A stretch of 64,000 nucleotides of DNA, taken from positions 2,176,001 to 2,240,000 of the forward strand of contig CAXXLQ010000004.1 in assembly GCA_963668695.2 (NCBI GenBank). The letters are read 5' to 3'. The stretch comes from Vicinamibacteria bacterium (GTDB lineage: Bacteria > Acidobacteriota > Vicinamibacteria > Marinacidobacterales > Marinacidobacteraceae). The notes beneath the pieces are model-generated. The model did no database searches, was not told the DNA's origin, and saw only the letters and a program-made list of their open reading frames with translations. The position numbers were made by a program, and so were the translations under genes. Every line of letters starts with the position of its first letter. Within the stretch, counting starts at the first letter, position 1. This document shows, one piece after another, positions 28,770 to 38,700 of the stretch.

Positions 28770-29804
28770 ATGACTGGAGTCCGCGCCCGAGGCGAGAAGA
28801 TCAGGCGCTTCATTCTTGAGCGTGTGGAGAAATCTCCGGGCGATGTGGTGAAAGCAACATCCGCGAAGTTTGGGATCACCCGACAAGCGGTCAATAAACA
28901 CCTTCGGCGACTTCGTGCCGAAGGTGTCCTTCGTCGAACAGGTAACACCCGCGCCAGCGCTTATCAGCTGGCTCCATTATCGCAATGGGAGTACACCTGC
29001 CGGATTGAGCCAGATCTGGCGGAAGATGTTGTATGGATGCGTGAGGTTAGGGGCGCTCTGGGCGACTTGCCAGACAACGTTCGAGAAATCTGGCAGTATG
29101 GTTTCACCGAGATGTTTAACAATGCAATTGATCACGCGGATGGCACGCACATTGGGGTTCAGATGATAAAGACCGCCGCTACCACAGAAATGATGATTTA
29201 TGACGATGGATACGGCATCTTCAAGAAGATTCAAACTGCAATGGGCTTGTTGGATGCACGACACGCGATCCTGGAGCTCTCAAAGGGGAAGCTAACAACC
29301 GACCCGACGCATCATACTGGTGAAGGCATTTTCTTCTCCTCCAGGATGTTTGATCTCTTCGACATCGTTTCCGAAGGGGTTTACTTTTCTCACGAATTCG
29401 AAGGTGCAGAAGACTGGATCATCGAAGGAGACAAGAAGTCCAAGGGAACAGCTGTGTGGATGAGGCTGAATAACCACACGGCAAGAACAACCAAAAGTAT
29501 TTTTGACCAATACAATTCCGGTGATGACTACGGATTCACAAAAACAGTTGTTCCGGTGAGAATGGCCCAATACGGGGAAGACAAGCTTATTTCCCGCTCG
29601 CAAGCAAGACGAGTACTGGCCCGCGTAGAGTTATTCAAGACCGTTCTATTCGACTTCACAGAAGTTGAAACCATCGGCCAAGCTTTTGCAGATGAGATAT
29701 TCCGCGTATTCGCCATGCAGCATCCAGAGATCCAGTTGGTTCCGATTCACGCGAACTCGGAGACGAAGAGGATGATTGCAAGGGCAACACGAGGGAGCGA
29801 GTGA
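28770..29804 (+). CDS. wHTH - HATPase - STAS-like (DUF4325) protein
   Basis: FGITRQAVNKHL HTH, TEMFNNAIDH, DDGYGIF, HTGEGIFFSSR, LISRSQAR and IGQAFADEIFRVF motifs. Visibly AT-richer than its neighbours. Confidence 0.9.
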   Translation: MTGVRARGEKIRRFILERVEKSPGDVVKATSAKFGITRQAVNKHLRRLRAEGVLRRTGNTRASAYQLAPLSQWEYTCRIEPDLAEDVVWMREVRGALGDLPDNVREIWQYGFTEMFNNAIDHADGTHIGVQMIKTAATTEMMIYDDGYGIFKKIQTAMGLLDARHAILELSKGKLTTDPTHHTGEGIFFSSRMFDLFDIVSEGVYFSHEFEGAEDWIIEGDKKSKGTAVWMRLNNHTARTTKSIFDQYNSGDDYGFTKTVVPVRMAQYGEDKLISRSQARRVLARVELFKTVLFDFTEVETIGQAFADEIFRVFAMQHPEIQLVPIHANSETKRMIARATRGSE

Positions 29805-29913
29805 CGATAGGGAAACGCGATCCCAATCGTGTGCGCGCGGCTGTTGGCGGCGGGAGAAAAGCGCGGTCGGCAGCTCAGGTGCGGGCTCATCGCGGCGGGT
29901 TCGACTACTGTCC

Positions 29914-30155
29914 TTAACAGCCTGTGGCAAAACCCACGCGGCCCAGTTCTCCCGGTGGGGGCTCGACCGGCGATCCATCCCGGCTGAACCACTCCGCTTC
30001 GCTGCGTTCTGCGTTGCGTTTCGGTCGAAATACACCCGGGCCAGTTCTCCCGGTGGGGGCTCCTCCCTCACGCGCCTTGTCAGCCGGGCGCCTCGCCCCC
30101 ACCGGGAGAACTGGCCAACCTCGGCGCTCACGCGGGTTTCACCACAGGCTGTTAA
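29914..30155 (+). mobile_element. Family A MITE, copy A4, flanked by TTAA on both sides
   Basis: TTAA-CAGCCTGTGGCAAAACCC...GGGTTTCACCACAGGCTG-TTAA. Confidence 0.88.
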
Positions 30156-30901
30156 CGGTTGCAGCATCCCTCCCTTGGATCGCGTCTCGGAGCGGCACTA
30201 TCTGTCCCGTCGTCTGCCGGACGATCTGGAAGGCGCGCTGATTCCAGTCGCGCGGTCGGGATGGGGTTCGTGACATACCGGCACCGTGGCAGGGTCCGTA
30301 GGTCACGTCAACCCCCGCAGAATTCAAACTGAGCCACTACCTTCTAATCCACCTTCTTTCCCTCAGAGCCGTCGAAGGTAGATGAAGGACAGAAGGAGAG
30401 CTAGCGAAAGCGGAACCAGGTTTCCGCCGATCATCCACCGCTCCATCCTCTCCAGCGGCTATTCCGGAAAGGCCCACCACAACGCCAGGTTGAAGCAGAG
30501 TGATCTGGCCGCGGCGGCAACCATGAACCACCCTGACGCGCGATTGGCCGGATACCAGACCTCCGGAGACGAAAGGGTTTTTGGCGTCCTGAAGCCAAAT
30601 ATGCGGTTGGGGGACCTTGCCCAGGATCATCGGTATGGACGACGCCAAGACCACTAGCGGAACGACGTAGCCGAGCAGGTGTTGGCCATATTCCCTCCAA
30701 GTGAACCAGGGTGGCCGGGGGCGTGCTCCGCTTCAGCCCTCGTCTCCGACTGCCACCGGACACGAGCCATGGTATTCGACGACCCCGACAGTTGACAGGG
30801 GAGGCCGCCACGCGACATCCCGCAGCCGATTCAGCGCCGACATGCTCCGCTGCCAAGACCTGGAGCGCCTGAAGCCGGCTACCAAACGAACGTCAGTTCG
30901 T

Positions 30902-31186
30902 TCAGATCTCGCTGGCAGGCGCCGCCACCATCCGCGGATCAGCCAAGGGCAGGACGTCCTGCCCGGTGTGGAACAGCACCCCCCCGGCGAAGTCCGCTCC
31001 GCAGCGTTCGGCGAGCCGGGCAAGTCCCCGCCCGTCGCGAGCGGCAAAGGACGAGGAAGCCTTGATCTCGAACCCCCAGGTCCGAGCGCCGCGGGTCATC
31101 ACCAGATCCACTTCCACCTGGTCCTTGTCCCGGTAGTGCCAGAACTCGAGGTCCGGATCCGTCCAGGCCGCCTGGGCGATCAACTG
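30902..31186 (-). pseudogene. C-terminal fragment of an AAA/DUF4143 ATP-binding protein
   Basis: FWHYRDKDQVEVDLV...GFEIKAS...GLARLA...FAGGVLFHTG is a DUF4143-type C-terminus. The 5' part is replaced by repeat sequence. Confidence 0.8.
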
Positions 31187-31450
31187 GGTGCCGGCCTGAA
31201 GGCCGGCGTTCCCAGCCTGCGCACCATCCTCCCTTCCGGGATTCACCCCGAGACGGGAACCAGCCCGGATGTCGGGGTTCTTCGCCGCCGTCCGCCTTCG
31301 GCGGGCTGTGCCGGCCGGAGGCCGGCGTTCCAAGCCGTCCCCGCGCTTTTTCTCCGGCCGCGATGCGCGATGCCGGTGTCAACGCCCCCGCCGGGAGGAC
31401 TGGGCCTCCCCGCTCTCGGTGCTTACCCGGGTTCCACCACAGGCCGTTAA
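31187..31450. repeat. G-type palindromes plus the right end of a family A MITE (A5)
   Basis: TGCCGGCCTGAAGGCCGGCGTTCCC; 31309-31353 is the reverse complement of a motif at ~12905; region ends GGGTTCCACCACAGGCCGTTAA, supplying the beta-lactamase-like gene's stop. Confidence 0.7.
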
Positions 31451-32469
31451 CGCACGAACAGGAAGTAGTCGTGCGCGGCGCGCGCCGCCTCGGCGATCGC
31501 CCGCTCCCGGTCGGGGACCGGGTCGTCCGACTCCTTGACGAAGGCGACCACCACCACGTGCCCGGCGTCTGACGGCAGGTAGACGATCCCCACGTCGTTC
31601 GTGGTGCGCCCGATGGTGCCGGTCTTGTGGGCCACCACGGTGCCCTCCGGCAAGCGGCCCTTCAGCCGACCGGCGCCGGTCTCGCACCGCTCCATGATGT
31701 CGATCAGGAGGTCCCGGCTCGCCTGCGAGAGTCCTTCCCCGTTCCAGATCTTGACGAGCAGGTCTGCCATCCCCCGCGGGGTCGCGGTGTCCCTGGGGTC
31801 CGCCTCGAATCCGTCGCGGGCCATGGCGCGATCCTCTTCGGAGACCTGCTCGTAGTACTCGGTGTAGGTCGCGCGGGTCCGCTCGCTGCGCGGCGGCAGC
31901 CCTTCCGCCCCCACGTAGTCGGTGATCAGGTCCGCCGTCGAGCGGGCCACCCGGACCCCCTCCACGCCGAGTTCCGCCATCCGGGCGGTGACCCGCTCGC
32001 CGCCGCCCGCGGTCTTGAGGCAGAGGTCCGTTGCCGAGTTGTCGCTGATGAGCAGCATCAGCTCCATCAGGTTCCGGATGGAGAGCGAGACGCCGGGATC
32101 GTCGAAGAGCCGGCCCAGGATCCCGCTGCCCGGCGAGAGGTCGGAGAGGTCCAGCTCGATCATGTGGTCGAGGCCGAATTCGCCCTCGTCCACCCGGTGA
32201 AGCAACTCCATGGCGATGGGGACCTTGTAGGTGCTCGCCATCGGGAAGGCCTCGTCCGGATGGAGGTAGGCGGTCCGTCCGGACTCGAGGTGGACGGCGG
32301 CCAGCCCGAGCTTGCCCCCAAAAAGCTGGTCGAGGCGCCCCCATTCCTCCTCGAGGGCGGTCTCGGTGCCGGTCTGGGCGAGCGCGAGCGGCGCGGCCAG
32401 CAGTGTGGCCAACGCGGCGGCGGTGATCCGGCCGGCGGTGCGGCCAAGGAGCGGAGTGCGGTTTCGCAT
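31447..32469 (-). CDS. Class A beta-lactamase-like serine hydrolase (no Glu166 equivalent), secreted
   Basis: FPMASTYK (SxxK), ISDNSATD (SDN), DPRDTATP and HKTG motifs; signal peptide. Confidence 0.88.
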   Translation of the reverse strand: MRNRTPLLGRTAGRITAAALATLLAAPLALAQTGTETALEEEWGRLDQLFGGKLGLAAVHLESGRTAYLHPDEAFPMASTYKVPIAMELLHRVDEGEFGLDHMIELDLSDLSPGSGILGRLFDDPGVSLSIRNLMELMLLISDNSATDLCLKTAGGGERVTARMAELGVEGVRVARSTADLITDYVGAEGLPPRSERTRATYTEYYEQVSEEDRAMARDGFEADPRDTATPRGMADLLVKIWNGEGLSQASRDLLIDIMERCETGAGRLKGRLPEGTVVAHKTGTIGRTTNDVGIVYLPSDAGHVVVVAFVKESDDPVPDRERAIAEAARAAHDYFLFVR

Positions 32470-32563
32470 GGTGACGGTGCCTCCCGTACGCGCTTGAGGG
32501 AAAGGCAAGAGTACCAAGGGGGTGGGGCGGCGCTTCCTTATCCCCGCCGTCCCGTTTCGGTCG

Positions 32564-34747
32564 TCACTGGCCGGTGCACAGAGGCGGCTCGTCGTACTGG
32601 ATGAGGCTGTTCACCCATGCGGCGAACTCGGGAGTGTCCGGTATGCAAACGCTCGCGTTGTTGGCGGCTCTGAAGGAAAAGAGTCTCAACTGCAGGAGGC
32701 TTTCCGGGACGGGGCCCGTCAGCAGGTTGTGGTTCAGCATCAAGTTGAGGAGCCTCCCGAGATTGCCGAGTTCTTCCGGAATCGGTCCGGTCAGCCTGTT
32801 GTTCCACAGTACGAGCGTCAGGAGGGTGGTGATGTCCCCGAGTTCGGGCGGGACGGAGCCGGTCAAGTTGTTGAAGCCGAGGTCCAGTGAGGTCAGGCTG
32901 AGGTCGCCAAGCTCCCGAGGGATGCTGCCGCTCAAGCCGTTCCCGCCAAGATTCAGGTCAGTCAGCGTCGTCATGGCGCCAATCTCACGAGGGATGGGCC
33001 CGGTCAGGTTGTTGTGACCGAGGTCCAGTTTGCCGAGGTTGGGGAGTTCGGTCAGCTCGATGGGGATACGGCCCGTCAGGTCGTTGTAACCGACGTCCAG
33101 GCGTACCAAATTGGTCAGCTCACCGAGTTCGGTTGGGATGGTGCCGATCAGTTCGTTGGAACTGAGGTTCAGATCGCTCAGGCTGGAGAGTTTGCCGATT
33201 TCGGGAGGGATTCGACCCGTCAACCCGATACTGCTGGGGCCTGGCCGCCAGTTCCGGTGGAGGTCCAGACTCTCCAGCCTTGAGAGGTCGCCGATCTCTG
33301 GTGGAAGCCGGCCCTTCAGATTGTTGATTGGTAGCGATAGCGAGACGACTCGCCCGATCCTGTTCGCAACGACCCCGTACCAATCGTCGAGTGGTGCGTC
33401 GGTCAGCCAGTTCTCGTTCCGATCCCAGTTGTCTCCGCCAGCCGCCTCGTACAGCGCTACGAGAGCGGCTCGGTCAGGGTTGGAAACCACTGTAGCCACA
33501 AAGCTCTGTTGCGCCTCCAGTCCCTGAAGGTCGCGAGCGGTCACCGTGATGGTGGACCGTCCCTCGCCGACCGCGGTCACCGTGAGCGTGCTTCCCGCCA
33601 AGGAGACGGTGGCCACTTCACGGTCTGATGTTGCTGCCGTGTACGTCAGTGAGTCGCCGGGATCCCTGAAGTAGGTGGACACGTCGATGACGAAGGCCGG
33701 CTGGCCGAGGCCCATCGCCTGGTCGGGGATGTTGCTGACGGTCTCGGGGGCCTGATTCCCTTCGACCATCACCCGGACACTCTGCATCGCCGCGAGGCCA
33801 CCGGCGTCGCTGGCCGTAACCGTTATGGTCGCCGTTCCATCGCCAACCGCGGTGATTGTCACCGTCTCGGCCGAAACACTGGCCGCGGCCACGCCGGCGT
33901 CCGAGGTGGCGACCGTATAGTTCATCGTTTCTCCATCGGGCTCGACGAAGTATCGGGACGCGATCACCGTGGCGGTCCGGCCGATGATGAGGGATGCCTC
34001 CGGGATCGCCCGGAACGTTGCTATCGGCTGATGATTGTTGCCGCTGTGTTCGGCCTCCGTCGCCATGATGGGCCCGGCAACGACCGTCCCATCCACCATG
34101 CTGCAGAAGTCATTCCTGAAGCAGGTGTAGCGAATCCCCTCTTCTTCGATGTATCCCCGGGGACCTAGGTGTATCGACACGATGTCCGAATAGCTGTACG
34201 TGGCGTCACGATTGAAGTCCGGAATCCAAAAGCCGGCGGGCCAGGTAGGGATCCGGTCGCCGGAGTTGTAGGTCTGGGCCTCGGTCGATTGCACCGTGAC
34301 GCTGACGAGCTGCGTTGCCGTCAGGCCTCCGGGGTCGCTCGCCGTCACGGTCACCGTCGCGGTTCCGGCAGCGGCCGCGGTGAGGGTCAGCACGCTGCCG
34401 GAGACGCTTGCCTGGACGACAGCGGTGTTGTCCGATACGGCGCGGTAGGAGAGGGCGTCGCCGTCGGGGTCCGCGAAGTTGTCGGCAACGTTCAGACTCG
34501 TTGGGGCGCCGCCCAGGGTCAACACCTGTTCGGGAATGGTCCCCACCGCTGTAGGCGCGCGGTTTGCGGCAGGTGCGGGCGCCGACGGAACGCTCGGTGC
34601 GGGCGCCGGGGAACTGCCGCTGTCGCCGCCGCAGGCGCCGCCGAGCAGCAGGACGCCGATCGGCAGCGCGAACGATCGGCGCCACCAGAAGTCGTGACTG
34701 CCGTTCCTTATCGGAATGGTCGCGGGGCTTCTTGTCTCGGGGGTCAT
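32564..34747 (-). CDS. Lipoprotein with three cadherin/Ig-like repeats and C-terminal plant-type leucine-rich repeats
   Basis: Lipobox GGAC; repeats of FxDPDGDxLxY...GTATxTVTAxDxGGL; DRAALVALYEAAGG...WYGV cap; ~8 LxxLxLxxNxLTGxIPxELG repeats. Confidence 0.9.
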   Translation of the reverse strand: MTPETRSPATIPIRNGSHDFWWRRSFALPIGVLLLGGACGGDSGSSPAPAPSVPSAPAPAANRAPTAVGTIPEQVLTLGGAPTSLNVADNFADPDGDALSYRAVSDNTAVVQASVSGSVLTLTAAAAGTATVTVTASDPGGLTATQLVSVTVQSTEAQTYNSGDRIPTWPAGFWIPDFNRDATYSYSDIVSIHLGPRGYIEEEGIRYTCFRNDFCSMVDGTVVAGPIMATEAEHSGNNHQPIATFRAIPEASLIIGRTATVIASRYFVEPDGETMNYTVATSDAGVAAASVSAETVTITAVGDGTATITVTASDAGGLAAMQSVRVMVEGNQAPETVSNIPDQAMGLGQPAFVIDVSTYFRDPGDSLTYTAATSDREVATVSLAGSTLTVTAVGEGRSTITVTARDLQGLEAQQSFVATVVSNPDRAALVALYEAAGGDNWDRNENWLTDAPLDDWYGVVANRIGRVVSLSLPINNLKGRLPPEIGDLSRLESLDLHRNWRPGPSSIGLTGRIPPEIGKLSSLSDLNLSSNELIGTIPTELGELTNLVRLDVGYNDLTGRIPIELTELPNLGKLDLGHNNLTGPIPREIGAMTTLTDLNLGGNGLSGSIPRELGDLSLTSLDLGFNNLTGSVPPELGDITTLLTLVLWNNRLTGPIPEELGNLGRLLNLMLNHNLLTGPVPESLLQLRLFSFRAANNASVCIPDTPEFAAWVNSLIQYDEPPLCTGQ

Positions 34748-35033
34748 GTGGACACCGACAGTACAGCCATCGCGTTGCCAACGCACGCCGCCGGGAAATT
34801 TCACCATTGTGAATGGGTCTACCAAGACCGGGCAAGATCTGGCCGGGCTGACCGCATGTGAGCGGTCAATCCGGCTCGCCGCCGCGCCAAACGGGGGAGC
34901 CCCCCGGTGGGGTTCACCGAGGGGCGTGAATGGATCACCGTGCGTCGGGTCGCTCATCGCCGCCGGAACAGGCACGGGGAACGGGCGTAGCCGGAGGGAG
35001 TCGCGGTACGAAGATTGCTTGCTCAACAGCGAG

Positions 35034-35693
35034 ATGCGGGGTTCGGTTCTTCTGGCTGCGGGCCTGCTTGCGGTTTCCGCCGCCGCGGAAGCGCAGGAAA
35101 CCCCTCGCGTCCTCGAAGTCACCCTCGCCGACCTCGACGAAGACTCGCTGGACTTCCTGATCGGCTGGGAACGCTGGAAGAGCGACATCCTGGACCTCGC
35201 GTCCGATGGTTATGCGCGGTTCACGTTCGTGCCGCTCCTGGCGGTCGAGCCGGGCCTGCCCGCGGGCGGCCGGTTCAGCGGGCGGATCCTCAGCGGGGGA
35301 ATCCTCAGCGGAGGAATCCTTGCGGCTTCCGAACGGCGGGCCACGCTGCGGCGATCCCGGCCGAACCGCCCGATCAGAACCGCCCGCGCCCCTCGCGACG
35401 GAGCGTCCGACCGGGGACGCCCCCGTCCTCCGCGCGGGCTGGCTCCTCTCGGTAAGCCGCCCCGCTTCGCCCCGCCCGGACCCCGGAACACGGGACGCGC
35501 TCCGGCGCGGGGACCTCGCGAACTCGGAGCGCCGACGCCGCGAGGCGGCAGCCGGGGAGGCGCCAGCGGCGCCTCCACCGGGAGAGCCCCCACCGGAAGC
35601 GCAAAACCGCGCGGCTCCTCCCCGCGGCCCCGGGGACCGGCCGCCGTTTCCCGAAGCGGAGCCGACCGCAGAAATCCCCGCCCGCACCGGTAA
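35034..35693 (+). CDS. Hypothetical secreted protein; C-terminal half is low-complexity and possibly frameshifted
   Basis: Signal peptide ending AEA-Q and a protein-like first ~80 aa, then Arg/Pro-rich sequence after a 15-bp tandem triplication (~35283-35320). Confidence 0.4.
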   Translation: MRGSVLLAAGLLAVSAAAEAQETPRVLEVTLADLDEDSLDFLIGWERWKSDILDLASDGYARFTFVPLLAVEPGLPAGGRFSGRILSGGILSGGILAASERRATLRRSRPNRPIRTARAPRDGASDRGRPRPPRGLAPLGKPPRFAPPGPRNTGRAPARGPRELGAPTPRGGSRGGASGASTGRAPTGSAKPRGSSPRPRGPAAVSRSGADRRNPRPHR

Positions 35694-35769
35694 AATCACG
35701 CGTTCCCCGCTACGAGCGGGGCGATTGCGGCCGGATGTGATTCCGGTCCTGAACTTCCGGAGATGTGCG

Positions 35770-38700
35770 ATGCGCAGGCGATTCCCTTCTTTCCTCCTCC
35801 TGGCCCTCGCGGCGCTGATCGCGGCGCCCGCCGCGGCCCAGCCCGACACGGACCTGCTGGCCACCATGCAATACCGCATGGTCGGCCCCTCGCGGGGCGG
35901 CCGGGTCACCGCGGTGGCGGGCCACCGGTCCCATCCCGGGACCTTCTACATGGGCGCCACCGGGGGCGGCGTCTGGAAGACCACGGACTACGGTCACAAC
36001 TGGGTCCCGATCTCCGACGGCGCCTTCAAGAGCCCCTCCATCGGCGCCATCGCGGTGGCGGACAGCGATCCGAACATCGTCTACGTGACCACCGGCTCGG
36101 ACGGCCTGCGCAGCAACGTCATCATGGGGAAGGGGGTCTACCGGTCCGACGACGCCGGCAAGACCTGGCGCAGCCTGGGTCTCGAGGACACCGGCAACTC
36201 CGGCGCCGTCCTCATCCATCCGGAAGATCCCGATACCGCCTGGGTGGCGCAAATCGGGAATCCCTTCGCGGCGAACCCCGAACGCGGGGTCTACCGCACG
36301 AAGGACGGCGGGGAGAACTGGGAGCTCGTGCTCTTCGTGTCCGAGCAGACCGGGGCCGTGGACCTCGAGTTCAAGCCCGGCGACCCGGACACGATCTACG
36401 CCTCCATGTGGGAGGCCGAGAGGAAGCCCTGGACCATCCGTTCGGGCGGCATGGAGGGCGGGGTCCATCGCTCGCGGGACGGCGGGGACACCTGGGAGCA
36501 GCTCGAGAACGGGCTCCCGACGGGACTCCGCGGCAAGTCGGACCTCGCGGTCTCGCCGGCCGACTCCTCCCGAGTCTACGTGCTCATCGAGGCGCCGGGC
36601 AGCGAAGGCGGCGTGTTCCGCTCGGATGACGAAGGGGACACCTGGCGGCAGGTGAGCGACTTCCAGCCGATCCGCAACCGGCCCTTCTACTACAACAACC
36701 TCCACGCCGATCCGACCGATGCGGACACCCTCTGGGGCATGGCCGAGGGGTACTTCAAGTCCACCGACGGCGGCGTCACCTGGGAGCGGAAGTTCACCCC
36801 GCACGGTGACAACCACGACCTCTGGATCAACCCCGACAACCCGGACATCCAGATCCAGTCGAACGACGGCGGCGCGAACATCACCCTCGACGGGGGCGAG
36901 ACCTGGTCCACCCAGGAAAACCAGCCCACCGCCGAGCTCTACCAGGTCGACGTGAGCGACAGCTTCCCCTACCGGCTCTACGCCGGCCAGCAGGACAACT
37001 CCACGATCTCGGTGCCGAGCTACCCGCCCCACTCCCGCCCCGGCGGGCATACCGCGCACTGGGAGGCGATCGGCGGCTGCGAGACCGGCCCGGCGGTCCC
37101 GAAGCCGGGAGATCCGGACGTCGTCTACGCGAACTGCAAGGGCCGTTTCGGCCTCTACAACATGCGGACCGGACAGGAGGAGCAGTACTACGTCGGGTTC
37201 TCGAACATATACGGACACAACCCCAAGGACCTCCAGTACCGCTTCCAGCGGACGGTCCCGATCCATGTCTCGCCGCACGACCCGAACCGGGTCTTCCACG
37301 CCTCGCAGTACGTCCACGTCACCGAGAACGGGGGACGCACCTGGCGGACCATCTCTCCCGACCTCACCGCCTTTACCCCGGAAACGCAGGTGGTCTCCGG
37401 CGACCCGATCACCCTCGACGTGACCGGAGAGGAGCACTTTGCGGTGCTCTACGACGTCCAGGAATCCCCCCACGAGGAGGGGGTCATCTGGGCGGGGGCC
37501 AACGACGGGCCCATTCACGTGACCCGCGACGGCGGCCGGACCTGGAAAGAGGTCACTCCGCCGGAACTCGGCCCCTACGGCAGGGTGCAGAACATCGAGG
37601 TCTCGCCCCACGACCCGGCGAAGGCGTATGCCGCGGTCCTGCGTTACCAACTCGGCGACTCCACGCCGCACGCCTACCGGACGAACGATTACGGCGAGAC
37701 CTGGACCCGTATCACGGATGGGACCAACGGGGTGCCGAACGACCACCCGGTGCGCGTGGTGCGCGAGGACCCGGACCGCGAGGGACTGCTCTACCTCGGA
37801 ACGGAATGGGGGATGTTCATCTCCTTCGATGACGGGGCGAGCTGGACCTCCTTCCAGCAGAACCTGCCGTTGACGCCGATCACCGACATCAAGGTCGTCG
37901 AGAAGGATCTCGCCATCTCCACCATGGGGCGCAGCTTCTGGATCCTCGACGACATCGCCCCGCTGCACGAAGCGCCGCCCGCCGGCGAGACGCACTTGTT
38001 CCAACCGCGCGACGAGATTCGCTTCCGCGCTGGGAGAGGGGGCTTCGCTGCTGCGGCGCCGGCGGACCCCGAGTATCCGACGCCCGGTCCCCGGATTACC
38101 TACCGGCTGGCCGCGGACGTCGACAGTGTGCGGATCGACGTCCGCGACGAGAACGGGGATCTGGTCCGGAGCCTCGAGAGCGCCGGTTCCGGTGAGGAAA
38201 CCGCGATGACCCAGGGCATGCGCGCTCCGGGAATGATGCGGCGAGGCGCGCCGGCGGTGCCGACCGGCGCCGGCGTCCACCGCCTCACCTGGGACATGCG
38301 GCACGAGGGGGCCAAAGACGGCGAAGGCAATGTCTCCGGACGGGGCGCGCTGGCGGCGCCCGGCCGGTACACCGTGGAGCTGACCGCCGGGGGGCAGACC
38401 ATGGCTCGCAGTTTCCGCCTGCGGATGGATCCCCGCATTGTGAAGGAAGGCTGGGTCACCGCGGAACACGTCCGCGACCAGGTGGCGCTCGCCCTGAAGG
38501 CCCGCGACGCGCTGTCCCAGGCCCGGATGGCGGCCGCCCGGCTGGAAGCGGCGATGGAGAGCGGGGGCAGCGACGAACTCCAGGCGATCCACGAGGAGCT
38601 GGTCGCCCGCCCGCGGCGCTATTCGCAGCCGATGCTGATGGACCAGCTCAGCTATCTCGCTTCGAACCTGGATGCCGCCGACCAGCCGCCCGGGCGGGAC

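Noticed and set aside
30382-30657. 91-aa plus-strand ORF
   Set aside because: No recognisable motif; the opposite strand carries more protein-like fragments.
34842-34876. Hairpin GCCGG..TGACCGC-atgtga-GCGGTCA..CCGGC upstream of the LRR gene as a riboswitch or operator
   Set aside because: Single occurrence, and I recognise no riboswitch consensus in it.
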